Shown here: positions 28,347 through 39,014 of the stretch, piece by piece
Layout of the letters: each line of letters opens with the position of its first letter
How positions within the stretch are numbered: position 1 is the first letter of the stretch
NCBI GenBank assembly: GCA_964513845.1
Contig: CAZENT010000001.1
Span: 149,278 to 213,277, forward strand
Source: an uncultured Pseudomonadales bacterium
GTDB taxonomy: Bacteria; Patescibacteriota; Microgenomatia; UBA1400; MFAQ01
Direction of reading: 5' to 3'
Length of the DNA: 64,000 nucleotides
Notes under the pieces: generated by a model
Database searches by the model: none
The model's input: the letters and a program-made list of their open reading frames with translations, nothing else
Told to the model about the DNA's origin: nothing
Position numbers and translations under genes: made by a program

Positions 28347-29324
28347 CTATTTCAGTTTAGCATTTTTGAGGACTTCCAGCACTGGATGAGTGCCTGTGGC
28401 CAAGAAATCAAGCATAGCGCCGCCTCCTGTACTCACAAAGTTGAAGTCTTCATAGGAGAAGCCGAGTGCTGAGATGGCAGAAAGAGTGTCTCCACCACCA
28501 ACCACGGAAAAGGCATTGGAGTCGATAATAGCCTGAAAAACGGCCTTCGTAGCCTTGTCGTGAGTTGAGTCTTCGTACATGCCTAGTGGACCATTAAGGA
28601 TAATAGTTTTGGCTTGATTAATCTCGCGTAAAAAGAGAGCGATAGTGTTTTCATTTAGATCAAGGCCGTCAAGAGTTCGGTCTTCTGCCTTGGCAAATAA
28701 GCCTCCAAGAAGGGTTTTGTCGAACTTGGTGGCTATTTGATTGATGATTTCGAGCTTGTCTAGCTTCGCTCCCGAGGCTAAAAGAAGAGTGGGATGAAGG
28801 GGATTGATTAGCACTTTTTTGAGGGTCTCGATCTCCAAATCGAACCTGAATCCGGTCACAGTTGGTAAAACTTCGGGTATAAGGCTTAAACTGGTCGATT
28901 CGTGGTAATTTGCGAATGATTCGTAAATGTAGATATCAGCCCCTTGAGCCAAATCCTCCGCGTATCCCCTATCTATTTTTTCTTCACGAGAGTCAAAGCG
29001 CAAGTTTTCCATCATGACTAGGGGGAGTTCCCCTGTCCAGCCCTCCCCTGGAGAAAAACCCGAAGGAAGGAGTAAAATATCTTGATTTAGCAATCTTTTT
29101 AGACTATCTCTAGCTGGAGCCAGGCTCAAAGAGGGAGTCTCCCCTTCTGGTCGGCCAAGATGGCCAATAATTTTGGTTTTTTTGGCGTGTTCGAGACAGA
29201 ATTGTATTGTTGGAAGAAGCGTCTGGAGACGATAGTCGTTCTCAACCTCGCCCTCTTTGAGGGTCACGTCGAGATCAGCTCGAAGTAAAACGTTTTTATT
29301 TTGAATCAGTTCTTTGGTTAACAT
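28347..29324 (-). CDS. pgk: Phosphoglycerate kinase (shortened)
   Basis: 'HLGRP', 'ENLRF', 'GAK', 'NGPLG', 'GGGDT', 'STGGGA'. Confidence 0.9.
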   Translation of the reverse strand: MLTKELIQNKNVLLRADLDVTLKEGEVENDYRLQTLLPTIQFCLEHAKKTKIIGHLGRPEGETPSLSLAPARDSLKRLLNQDILLLPSGFSPGEGWTGELPLVMMENLRFDSREEKIDRGYAEDLAQGADIYIYESFANYHESTSLSLIPEVLPTVTGFRFDLEIETLKKVLINPLHPTLLLASGAKLDKLEIINQIATKFDKTLLGGLFAKAEDRTLDGLDLNENTIALFLREINQAKTIILNGPLGMYEDSTHDKATKAVFQAIIDSNAFSVVGGGDTLSAISALGFSYEDFNFVSTGGGAMLDFLATGTHPVLEVLKNAKLK

Positions 29325-29420
29325 AGATAGATTAAGGATATACCAAATTGAGGGTTATAGGTTTGACTTTGGGTATTTGATATGGTATGATACTGTTCGC
29401 TTGAGAAATTCAAGCATTTT

Positions 29421-30047
29421 TTGTACTTAATGCGGGATATTCCCGCGTTTATGATACTAAACATAATACCAAAAACCAGAACATCAAACCCGATCTCTAA
29501 ACTTATCAGACCGATGTTCGAAGGAAAAACTATTAAGGCCGCCTTGGGTGGAGTCATTTCAATGACCTCCCTGGCTTCCGGATTAGTTTTCCTACCAATA
29601 GACCAGACAGTGGTCGCCGCTAATATACAAACTCTTAATACCGAGATTCCTGTCGAAACTCGTAAGAGTTATGCAAACGTACTCCCCGCTTACACGGGTA
29701 TTTCTCAGGGATTCCATTATGGACACCCTGGAATTGACCTTACAGCTCCTTTGGGATCAAAAATATTTCCCATTAAAGATGGAGTTGTTATTAAGGTTCA
29801 GTACCTTAGATATGACTATGGTCGTGCTGTGTGGATTGATAACGGAAACGGAACAATCTCACTATATGGACACATGGGTAAAATTTTTGTCAACGAAGGA
29901 GATACCGTTACAGCTGATAAGCCTATTGGAGAAGTTGGATTGACCGGAAAAACTACCGGACCTCATCTTCACCTTGAGGTGATCAAAAACGAGAAGAATA
30001 TCAACCCTCAGCCTTATTTGGCTTTGGGTGCGGTGAATAAGAGATAA
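29421..30047 (+). CDS. M23 family metallopeptidase (start uncertain)
   Basis: 'HPGIDL', 'YGH', 'TGPHLHLEV', 'NP'. Confidence 0.88.
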   Translation: MYLMRDIPAFMILNIIPKTRTSNPISKLIRPMFEGKTIKAALGGVISMTSLASGLVFLPIDQTVVAANIQTLNTEIPVETRKSYANVLPAYTGISQGFHYGHPGIDLTAPLGSKIFPIKDGVVIKVQYLRYDYGRAVWIDNGNGTISLYGHMGKIFVNEGDTVTADKPIGEVGLTGKTTGPHLHLEVIKNEKNINPQPYLALGAVNKR

Positions 30048-30105
30048 ATAGAGTTTCCAACAGAATTGCACAATACTTTGATTGATTTATCAATCATTTA
30101 TCTTG

Positions 30106-30134
30106 TGTGGATAACTCAATTATTTTGTGGAAAT
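30106..30134. promoter_or_regulatory. Perfect DnaA box plus degenerate box in an intergenic region far from oriC
   Basis: TGTGGATAA 30106-14; TGTGGAAAT 30126-34. Confidence 0.5.
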
Positions 30135-30183
30135 CTGTTTTTAGTCGACTCTATTATTGTTATTATTAAAACTTATTAAGCAT

Positions 30184-30212
30184 AAAAAAAGACCCCGTGA
30201 GGGGTCTTTTTT
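30184..30212. terminator. Bidirectional intrinsic terminator downstream of groEL
   Basis: AAAAAAAGACCCC-GTGA-GGGGTCTTTTTT. Confidence 0.85.
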
Positions 30213-30230
30213 GTTGCTATTTTCGGAGTT

Positions 30231-30247
30231 ATCCGCCAGAGGCGGAT
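30231..30247. repeat. Palindrome ATCCGCC-AGA-GGCGGAT
   Basis: Perfect 7-bp stem 10 nt past the groEL stop; related copy at 11662-11678. Confidence 0.5.
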
Positions 30248-30257
30248 GATAAGTACA

Positions 30258-32188
<1,931 letters not shown>

Positions 32189-32257
32189 ACTTGAAAATTA
32201 TTAATTGATAATGACTGAGACACGAGTATAACAGTTGTGAAGCTATTTTTTTATAAG

Positions 32258-32327
32258 TAAGAGCTTACTCCGCCTCCTTTCAATAATAATTATTATTGAA
32301 ATGTCGCTGTGCGTTTCCTCTTATATT
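32258..32327. repeat. 70-bp two-arm element, copy B (between CIRCE and groES)
   Basis: TAAGAGCTTACTC-N39-TGCGTTTCCTCTTATATT with internal palindrome TTTCAATAATA-AT-TATTATTGAAA. Confidence 0.75.
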
Positions 32328-32356
32328 CGCTTGTAACTTCGTTACAATGCTTGAAT

Positions 32357-32383
32357 ATAGCACTCATGACCCATGAGTGCTAT
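32357..32383 (-). promoter_or_regulatory. CIRCE element (HrcA operator) upstream of groESL
   Basis: ATAGCACTC-N9-GAGTGCTAT versus consensus TTAGCACTC-N9-GAGTGCTAA; TTGACA -35 at 32411-32406 on - strand. Confidence 0.92.
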
Positions 32384-32426
32384 TTTTATATAAATGAAAC
32401 CCCTTTGTCAAGACCTAGAAAATCAG

Positions 32427-33626
32427 TTAGTTGCCAGTAAAAATATTCCAAGTGGAAGTTTTCCATTTATTACCTTCTCTGACAAACGATATTGATGTCA
32501 GTTTTCCATTAGGATCATTTTCTATATAAAATTTAATATCAAATTTAACTGGTTCAGTGTTGTAGAAATCTTCCTCTTCTTTCGCAGAATGGTATTCATT
32601 CAAAACTTCGAATGTTTTATATTGCGTATAGACAGTTCCTGGCCAGTCAATATTTTCAACTTGTTTTTGGGCAGATACTGTTAAAAATGACATTGCCTTA
32701 TTTCGATCATTGTTGATAATGCTTTCTGAGTAACCCTGAATAGCCTCACGTAATTGTGTCTTGTTGCTTGGTTGCGGAGATAAACTTATGTCTGCAAATT
32801 TGAAGGTGGAAATAAATTGAGTAAAGGTGGGTAAATCTAAACTCCCAACACCACAACCCGGTCCAAGACATTGAGAATAAGCAACCAACAAGTATTTGTT
32901 GTTGGATAAATTAAATTCTCTTTGCGTTTCAAACGTATTTCCTTTTGGCTTTCCTTCAAAGATTGTTCCTGTAACAATCTCCCCTAATTTAAGTGTAAAT
33001 TGAAATTCCTTGTCCTTTGATCTTGGATCAACCTCAAGTGTCCACATGTTGGGGTACTTGAAACTATAGCCATAGGTTGTATTTGTATAAGTTTTCCAGT
33101 CCGCAGTTACGTCGATGGTGGGGGTGGGAGTTTCAAGGCCAACAGAGGTAATGGCAACAGTTGGAGTTGGGGTAGCGATGGCTGTTGAACTTTCTGTCAT
33201 GGGGACAAATCGAGAGGCAAGAACACCAATGAGGATACCAAAAAGAATTAAGGCAATAACAATTAAAAAGGTTTTTAGAAAGCCTGATTTTTTAGACGAT
33301 AAGGGTGCTGCTGGTGCGGGAGGAAGTAATGGGGGTTGAGACTCCATCTGTGTCGTTACTGGGGTTGTCGTTTCCAGTTGGGATATTTCCTCCAGGGGCG
33401 GGTTCATCTTTGATTGTGGCAGGAAGACTGGCTCCGGGTTCATCGACTGGGGCTGGGAGGGAAACTCCTCTATCGGGGATAGAGAGGGATGAGTCTGGTC
33501 GGCTGACCAGTTCTCCGGCGGAGTGATCGTCTGGTTTGATGGTGCGGGAGGAAGAGTCAGATCCTGTGTTTGAAGAGAATCTTGAGGAAGACTGTCTTGA
33601 GGATCCGGTGTCTGATTTGGGTTCAT
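32427..33626 (-). CDS. Membrane-anchored hypothetical protein: Pro/Gln-rich N-terminus, single TM, PsbP-like extracellular domain
   Basis: 'WKTYTNTTYGYSFKYP..W' motif after TM and Thr/Pro linker; start likely ATG 33626. Confidence 0.7.
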   Translation of the reverse strand: MNPNQTPDPQDSLPQDSLQTQDLTLPPAPSNQTITPPENWSADQTHPSLSPIEEFPSQPQSMNPEPVFLPQSKMNPPLEEISQLETTTPVTTQMESQPPLLPPAPAAPLSSKKSGFLKTFLIVIALILFGILIGVLASRFVPMTESSTAIATPTPTVAITSVGLETPTPTIDVTADWKTYTNTTYGYSFKYPNMWTLEVDPRSKDKEFQFTLKLGEIVTGTIFEGKPKGNTFETQREFNLSNNKYLLVAYSQCLGPGCGVGSLDLPTFTQFISTFKFADISLSPQPSNKTQLREAIQGYSESIINNDRNKAMSFLTVSAQKQVENIDWPGTVYTQYKTFEVLNEYHSAKEEEDFYNTEPVKFDIKFYIENDPNGKLTSISFVREGNKWKTSTWNIFTGN

Positions 33627-36600
33627 TTTGGTTGTGGTGATTAATAACTTTTGTTTCTGATGCAAGAATGCCCTTTGTTTTAAGAATCTCAAGGGCAGCA
33701 CTGGTAATTCTTAACTTGCCTCCCTGGGACGAGGATTTGGCTAGCTCAAGAGCCTCAGTGAAACTTACCCATTTGAAATCATTATATTCTTCATCTGAAG
33801 GGAACTTCAAACTACTTGATGAGGAGGTGGCATAGAGAAAATAATAGGTTTTCCCCTTCATGGTGACAGAAACACCGGAGTCGGTTTTTAGATCTTTAAG
33901 TCCTTGTTTGTCTGGTGGAAACTCAATACGATCGACAGACACAAAAGTAGGCTTGAAACTGGTTTGTTTGACAAAATCTTGTCCTAGCTCTTCTGTCATT
34001 TCGCGTTTGAAAGCGTCCGTAAGAGTCTCTTTGTTGTCTACTCCCCCTTGAGGAAGCTGCCATAGATTGTGAATTTTGTGATAAACGAAAAGAATTTTGC
34101 CGGAATTTATGAAACAACCAACTACGCTGGGACGGAAACCTTCTTGACGGTCTTTGTCTAGATCTTCCACGTTTGGCTCTTTTGAGGCGTTGGTCGGAGA
34201 TTGCCGCGTCGCTTCGCTTCTCGCAATGACGGGAGTTGGTTGAGATACTGTTGAAGCGGGTTGATTGCTTGGCGAGGATTGCCGCGTCGGAGTATCTTCT
34301 CTTTTCTGAGATGGACTGGTGTGCGATGCCGTGGTTGAGGCAGATAATGAGGGGACCTGAGAAGGGTTTTGAGTACGAGTATCAGTTTGTGCAGGAAATG
34401 ATTGAGGCGTATACGGTTTGGGGGATGATTGTTGAGGGCGATATGGCGTAGCTTGGGAATACGATCGATCTTCACCCCGAGGTCCTTGAGGCTTAGATGA
34501 TGATCGATAGTCTTGTTTGGGAGGAGGTGCGCTGGGAGAATAGACTGAGGCTTGCGTCATGTCGAGAGCTTCGGTTTTGCGGTAGTACTGCTCTTCGCTC
34601 ATGGCGATAATTTTTTCGCGATTGCCATTTTTGTTTTCTGGGAGAGGGAGGGTGGTGGCAGCAAAAGGATTAGAAATGGAAGCGTTGACGGAAATTTTGA
34701 CGATGATTTGATATCTAGCTAACCCAACAAGATCATCTTGGGTATAAAAATTACCGAGCTCGTTCATCAGACGATTAGCATCGGCGGCGCCAACAACAAA
34801 ACTAATGAGGGTACCGGCGTTTCCAAAAATAGCATCTTGAATTTCTATGGGAAGCTGAGCGGTGTACTGGTTAGCAAGAATCAGGTTCAAACGATACTTA
34901 CGAGCCTCGGAGAGAATTTTGATAAAGGATGTGGTGGCAAAGTTCTGGAACTCATCAACATAAAGAAAGAAGTCTTTTCTTTCGCTTTCGGCCATGTTGG
35001 CACGATTCATGGCAGCAATTTGAATTTGAGAGATAAACATGGCACCCAGAAGAGCGGCGTTGTCTTCTCCAATTTTGCCCTGAGGTAGATTGAGGATGAT
35101 GATTTTGCCGCTATTCATCAAGTCTTCAAAATCAACCGTGGACTTGGGATGACTAATGATGTCACGAATTGTGGGTGAAGTGATGAATTGACCAACTTTG
35201 TTTAGAATAGGAGAAATAGCTTCGGACTGGAATTTTTCGGAATATTTGTCGTATTCATCGTGCCAGAAATTGTGAAGCACTGGATCTTGAACTGCGGCAA
35301 GATATTCTTCGCGCCAAGGTTTGTTGGTGAGAAGTCTGGGAACATCTAGAAGAGTGGCACCAGGCTTGGCTACCAAAGTGAGAAGGGTGTTTCTGAGAAT
35401 GTATTCCAAACGAGGACCCCAGGAGTTGCCGTAGAGTTTACTGAAAATGGACACGATACCGGAAGCAACTAGCTCGGCATAGGCTTGGTTTTTGACGTAA
35501 AGAGGGTTCAGGTGAAATGATTTACCAACAACAGAAGGATCAAGATAAGCAACGTCGTTAATTCTGTCTGCTGGGATGTAATCAAGAAGATGTTCGGCCG
35601 TGTCGCCGTGAGGATCAACGAGAGCCATGCCCTCTCCATGACGAATGTCACTAATAGCCATGTTGGCCAAAAGAGTGGATTTACCGGTACCGGATTTACC
35701 CAAAACGTAAACGTGACGACGGCGATCTTCCCCTTTTTTCATGCCAAAAGAAACCATGCGATTTTTGTATTCGGTTTTGGCAAAGAAATTAATTTCGTGC
35801 TTTTCTTCTTCAGACATGTCTTCGGCAATGGGAAGATTGGCTGGCGGTTCTCCACGCAGAGTTTTACCCCAAGCAATACCTTTGATGTTGGCAAGATTAA
35901 AGCCCGGAAGATGATAGATGGCGGCAATTTCGGCGTAGTTTAGATATTGATATTGATTTGAGTAACGAGCGGAACGATCAATGATCATTTCACGAAGTTT
36001 TTTGAGTGAGGTAGGGCTAACAACCTTGAGTCTAAAACTGTTGCCTTCAGACAAAGAATAGGTACCAAAGGCGGCCGAAATTTGAGAGATAAGCTGATTT
36101 GAAGAGGTAACGCTTGAGGAAACAGCAACCAGACGAATATCACAACCAAAAGCTTGATAAACGAGTTTCTTTTCAATAAAAGGCTTTTGGGTACTGGGCT
36201 GAGCCTTTACGCCCTCAGCGACAGGAGCGGGTTCTAATGACTTTCGAAGGGCTTTTTGCCAGTTTACTGGAGCAGCAAATAGACAGATTTGGATGACTGC
36301 AGCTTGGCCAGATGGAATCCTGGAAAGGCTACCCAAAATAGCGGTCATTTGATCAACTTTCTCGTCTTCAGTAACATTTATAGGAAGAGATGAGGGTGCA
36401 GAAAGAACCAACTGACCCATCTGAGGCTCTCCATGATTAAGCCAGTCGGCAAGATAATCCTTCATGGGGGTAATGAGAGCTGTGGGGTACTGAGCGGCAA
36501 TTTGAGAACGAACTAGATGCTCCAGACGCTCTGGACAAGCGATTACAAAATAGGTTGTTTGGTTGAGATTAGCTATCTCAAGAGTAATAGTTTCGTAGGT

Positions 36601-36735
36601 ATTGAGGAGCCTATCCATAAAACTAGCCTTGAGAGAAGACTTAATTGAAGCTAAAAACTCGACAAAAGCAGCTTGGCCCGTGAGCGAGTCTTTGGCAGGA
36701 CGAATCTGCAGTACCGAATATTTGGGCAAGGCCAT
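33292..36735 (-). CDS. VirD4/TraG-like type IV coupling ATPase fused to a C-terminal RppH-like Nudix hydrolase
   Basis: Walker A 'GKSGTGKS', 'DPHGD', Walker B 'LYVDEFQNF', 'EARKY'; Nudix box 'WQLPQGGVDNKETLTDAFKREMTEELG'. Confidence 0.85.
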   Translation of the reverse strand: MALPKYSVLQIRPAKDSLTGQAAFVEFLASIKSSLKASFMDRLLNTYETITLEIANLNQTTYFVIACPERLEHLVRSQIAAQYPTALITPMKDYLADWLNHGEPQMGQLVLSAPSSLPINVTEDEKVDQMTAILGSLSRIPSGQAAVIQICLFAAPVNWQKALRKSLEPAPVAEGVKAQPSTQKPFIEKKLVYQAFGCDIRLVAVSSSVTSSNQLISQISAAFGTYSLSEGNSFRLKVVSPTSLKKLREMIIDRSARYSNQYQYLNYAEIAAIYHLPGFNLANIKGIAWGKTLRGEPPANLPIAEDMSEEEKHEINFFAKTEYKNRMVSFGMKKGEDRRRHVYVLGKSGTGKSTLLANMAISDIRHGEGMALVDPHGDTAEHLLDYIPADRINDVAYLDPSVVGKSFHLNPLYVKNQAYAELVASGIVSIFSKLYGNSWGPRLEYILRNTLLTLVAKPGATLLDVPRLLTNKPWREEYLAAVQDPVLHNFWHDEYDKYSEKFQSEAISPILNKVGQFITSPTIRDIISHPKSTVDFEDLMNSGKIIILNLPQGKIGEDNAALLGAMFISQIQIAAMNRANMAESERKDFFLYVDEFQNFATTSFIKILSEARKYRLNLILANQYTAQLPIEIQDAIFGNAGTLISFVVGAADANRLMNELGNFYTQDDLVGLARYQIIVKISVNASISNPFAATTLPLPENKNGNREKIIAMSEEQYYRKTEALDMTQASVYSPSAPPPKQDYRSSSKPQGPRGEDRSYSQATPYRPQQSSPKPYTPQSFPAQTDTRTQNPSQVPSLSASTTASHTSPSQKREDTPTRQSSPSNQPASTVSQPTPVIARSEATRQSPTNASKEPNVEDLDKDRQEGFRPSVVGCFINSGKILFVYHKIHNLWQLPQGGVDNKETLTDAFKREMTEELGQDFVKQTSFKPTFVSVDRIEFPPDKQGLKDLKTDSGVSVTMKGKTYYFLYATSSSSSLKFPSDEEYNDFKWVSFTEALELAKSSSQGGKLRITSAALEILKTKGILASETKVINHHNQNEPKSDTGSSRQSSSRFSSNTGSDSSSRTIKPDDHSAGELVSRPDSSLSIPDRGVSLPAPVDEPGASLPATIKDEPAPGGNIPTGNDNPSNDTDGVSTPITSSRTSSTLIV
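34197..34231. repeat. REP/RPE-like palindromic element inside the VirD4-Nudix linker
   Basis: GAGATTGCCGCGTCGCTTCGCTTCTCGCAATGACG read as 'VIARSEATRQS'; partial second copy GATTGCCGCGTCG near 34277-34289. Confidence 0.78.
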
Positions 36736-36754
36736 AGTACTAGTATATACAAAA

Positions 36755-37366
36755 CTAGATCGAAGCGGGAGCGGAAACGATGGTTTGGACCGGCTGTTTG
36801 GAGCCTGAATCGACTATCTTTATCTCGGAGAAAAGAACGTTTTCGATAATGAGACCTTTGTCGGCAAAGAGCTTGTTGAGCTCATCTTTAAGAGCGTTTT
36901 CGATTTTTGAGCGTTCGGCACCTATTTCGTCTGATTTGTATTGGCTAAAGCTGGATGAAATACGACTTCGAGAGTAAGGGCGAACAACTTTGGATATAAA
37001 GTTGTCTCCAATATTTTCCCAGAGCTCAGGAGCATTGGCTTTATCGAGCTTAAAAAGAATGGAGCCTTCGATGGAGATAGTTTTGTTGTCTTTGGTCATG
37101 GCAACAATAGGCTCATCCCCTAGTGACTCTTTTTGAGAAAGATCAAAGCCGTGACGGATGGTGTACTCAAGAATTTGAGCGTTGAAAAGTTTGGCAATCT
37201 GCCAAAAAGGGATTTTGAGGTGAAGTCCAGGTCCCCAGACACGCTTGAGAACACCTAAACCACGATCATAAACACAGGCAACATGTCCTGGAGGAACGGA
37301 TATAAAAAAACCGCCGACGATTTCGTCAACGAGGAAGGATACAACCAATTTATCAAAGTCTGCCAT
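36755..37366 (-). CDS. SPFH / prohibitin (band 7) domain protein
   Basis: 'VPPGHVAC', 'GPGLHLKIPFWQ', 'TKD'. Confidence 0.85.
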   Translation of the reverse strand: MADFDKLVVSFLVDEIVGGFFISVPPGHVACVYDRGLGVLKRVWGPGLHLKIPFWQIAKLFNAQILEYTIRHGFDLSQKESLGDEPIVAMTKDNKTISIEGSILFKLDKANAPELWENIGDNFISKVVRPYSRSRISSSFSQYKSDEIGAERSKIENALKDELNKLFADKGLIIENVLFSEIKIVDSGSKQPVQTIVSAPASI

Positions 37367-37377
37367 AGCTTCTTATA

Positions 37378-38184
37378 TTATATCGTCTTTTCAGGTGAAG
37401 TTGGGGTTGGCATGGGTGGAAGAGGTGTGTCTGAGGCTGGTTGGACTTCGGTGACTGGCTCGGGGGCGGCTTTTTTGGTGAAGGAGTAATAAAGATAGAG
37501 TGCTTGTTTGATAAGGCGAACCACCATGGTGAATGCGAGGGAGGTGATGATGTAGACTTTTTTGCCTGCCGGAAGGAACATAAAAATGACAAAACAGATG
37601 ATAGGAAAAATGATAACCAGAGAAACGAAGTCTTTTTGGCTCGGCTTGACTGGAGAAAAATATAGGTGCATGGCTTCGTTGGCGGCAATCATTAAACTCT
37701 GAATGATATTCAGGGAGTTGTTGGTGCGAGATAGGTCATAAATCCCAAGGAACATAAGATCGATGGGGGTTTGAATCTTAGGCATAAATTTATAGATCAG
37801 ATGAAGATCGGCACCCTCAAGACCGGTGGTAAAAATACGATAGAGCATGACGATAACGAGAGCCTGGAAAATAACGTTAAAAATCTCCGACAAAATAGCT
37901 CCCGGTTTTTGACGCATGATTCGGTTTGTCTCCGACTTGAGCTTGATGGGATCAGAGGCGAGCTCAGTTTTAAGTTGTTTGATTTGTTGGGAAATTTTGT
38001 ATTTGTCTTCGTCGGAGCGATCACCGATGGCATCGATGGGTAGAAAAATAATACGAACAGCTACGGCGAACAAAATCATGGCGATACCCATGTCCGGATT
38101 AGGAAAAATCTGACCAACTAACCAGTAAATACCAACGAGTAGATTAAAAAATGGTTGATAAAAATAAGTGGTAAAAATATCCAT
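37378..38184 (-). CDS. YidC/Oxa1-family insertase, second divergent paralog
   Basis: 'YQPFFNLL', 'MGIAMILFAVAVRI', 'MFLGIYDLS', 'LPAG'. Confidence 0.75.
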   Translation of the reverse strand: MDIFTTYFYQPFFNLLVGIYWLVGQIFPNPDMGIAMILFAVAVRIIFLPIDAIGDRSDEDKYKISQQIKQLKTELASDPIKLKSETNRIMRQKPGAILSEIFNVIFQALVIVMLYRIFTTGLEGADLHLIYKFMPKIQTPIDLMFLGIYDLSRTNNSLNIIQSLMIAANEAMHLYFSPVKPSQKDFVSLVIIFPIICFVIFMFLPAGKKVYIITSLAFTMVVRLIKQALYLYYSFTKKAAPEPVTEVQPASDTPLPPMPTPTSPEKTI

Positions 38185-38195
38185 GACTGGAGTAA

Positions 38196-39011
38196 TTATA
38201 GCGAGTTATGGTCAAGATGCTGAGTTAATACTTGAGAAAGGTCTTTTTTATGAAAGAAGGCTGAGTGAATAGAAACAACTTCGGTGGTTTTTTTGGGGAG
38301 CATGTAGAGATACTGAAGAATATACAGAAAAAAATTTAAGGGAGCAAAAAATAGACATAGTTTTTCTGATTTTTTTTGAGAAATCCCCTTTCTAGATATT
38401 TCTTGGTATGCGTTGGCAAGGTATCGAGAGGTCCAACAATTTTGTTTGATAAACCTAGCATGAGTATCTCCCCTGTCGAACAAAGGAAGTGTTTGAAGCA
38501 CTTCGTGAGCAGTGTAGAGATTGCGACGAGTTTGAGGAACAGAAAGTGAAGCAGTATCTAACCAGAGATTGGGGCAAAAAGAATTCGTTTCTTTGGGAGT
38601 GATATCCCCCGGATGACGGCGATTAAACTTAAGTGACAAAAAGAGAAGGAAAAAGGGCCGGGTTAACCAAAGAGTATTTTGGGAGGTGACAATTAGTAAG
38701 TCCAGATCGTCGTTTTTGTGGCTGTTGTTGGCGGAAACAGATCCGGTAAGGGCAATTAATTTTATCGAAGGAAAAAGCCAGGCATATTTAAGAAGTTTTT
38801 GAGCGTAAAAAATTTTTTTGAGGGTAGTCTTATTAAGTGTTTCTCTGAGTTTGGTGTCTTTTGAAGAAAGTGGGTGGAGATATTTTTTTACTGACGAAGG
38901 AGAAATTGGACGAGAGGTAATTAGCCAGTAATGGACTTCTTGTGGCGAAAGAGGGAAATGAAAAAAAGCCGAGTAGGCAATGGTCTTGGCTACGGAGTTG
39001 GCAAGATTCAT
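38196..39011 (-). CDS. Pol-beta-like nucleotidyltransferase-domain protein
   Basis: 'LTGSVS......DDLDLLIV', 'RNLYTAHE'. Confidence 0.7.
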   Translation of the reverse strand: MNLANSVAKTIAYSAFFHFPLSPQEVHYWLITSRPISPSSVKKYLHPLSSKDTKLRETLNKTTLKKIFYAQKLLKYAWLFPSIKLIALTGSVSANNSHKNDDLDLLIVTSQNTLWLTRPFFLLFLSLKFNRRHPGDITPKETNSFCPNLWLDTASLSVPQTRRNLYTAHEVLQTLPLFDRGDTHARFIKQNCWTSRYLANAYQEISRKGISQKKSEKLCLFFAPLNFFLYILQYLYMLPKKTTEVVSIHSAFFHKKDLSQVLTQHLDHNSL

Positions 39012-39014
39012 GTC

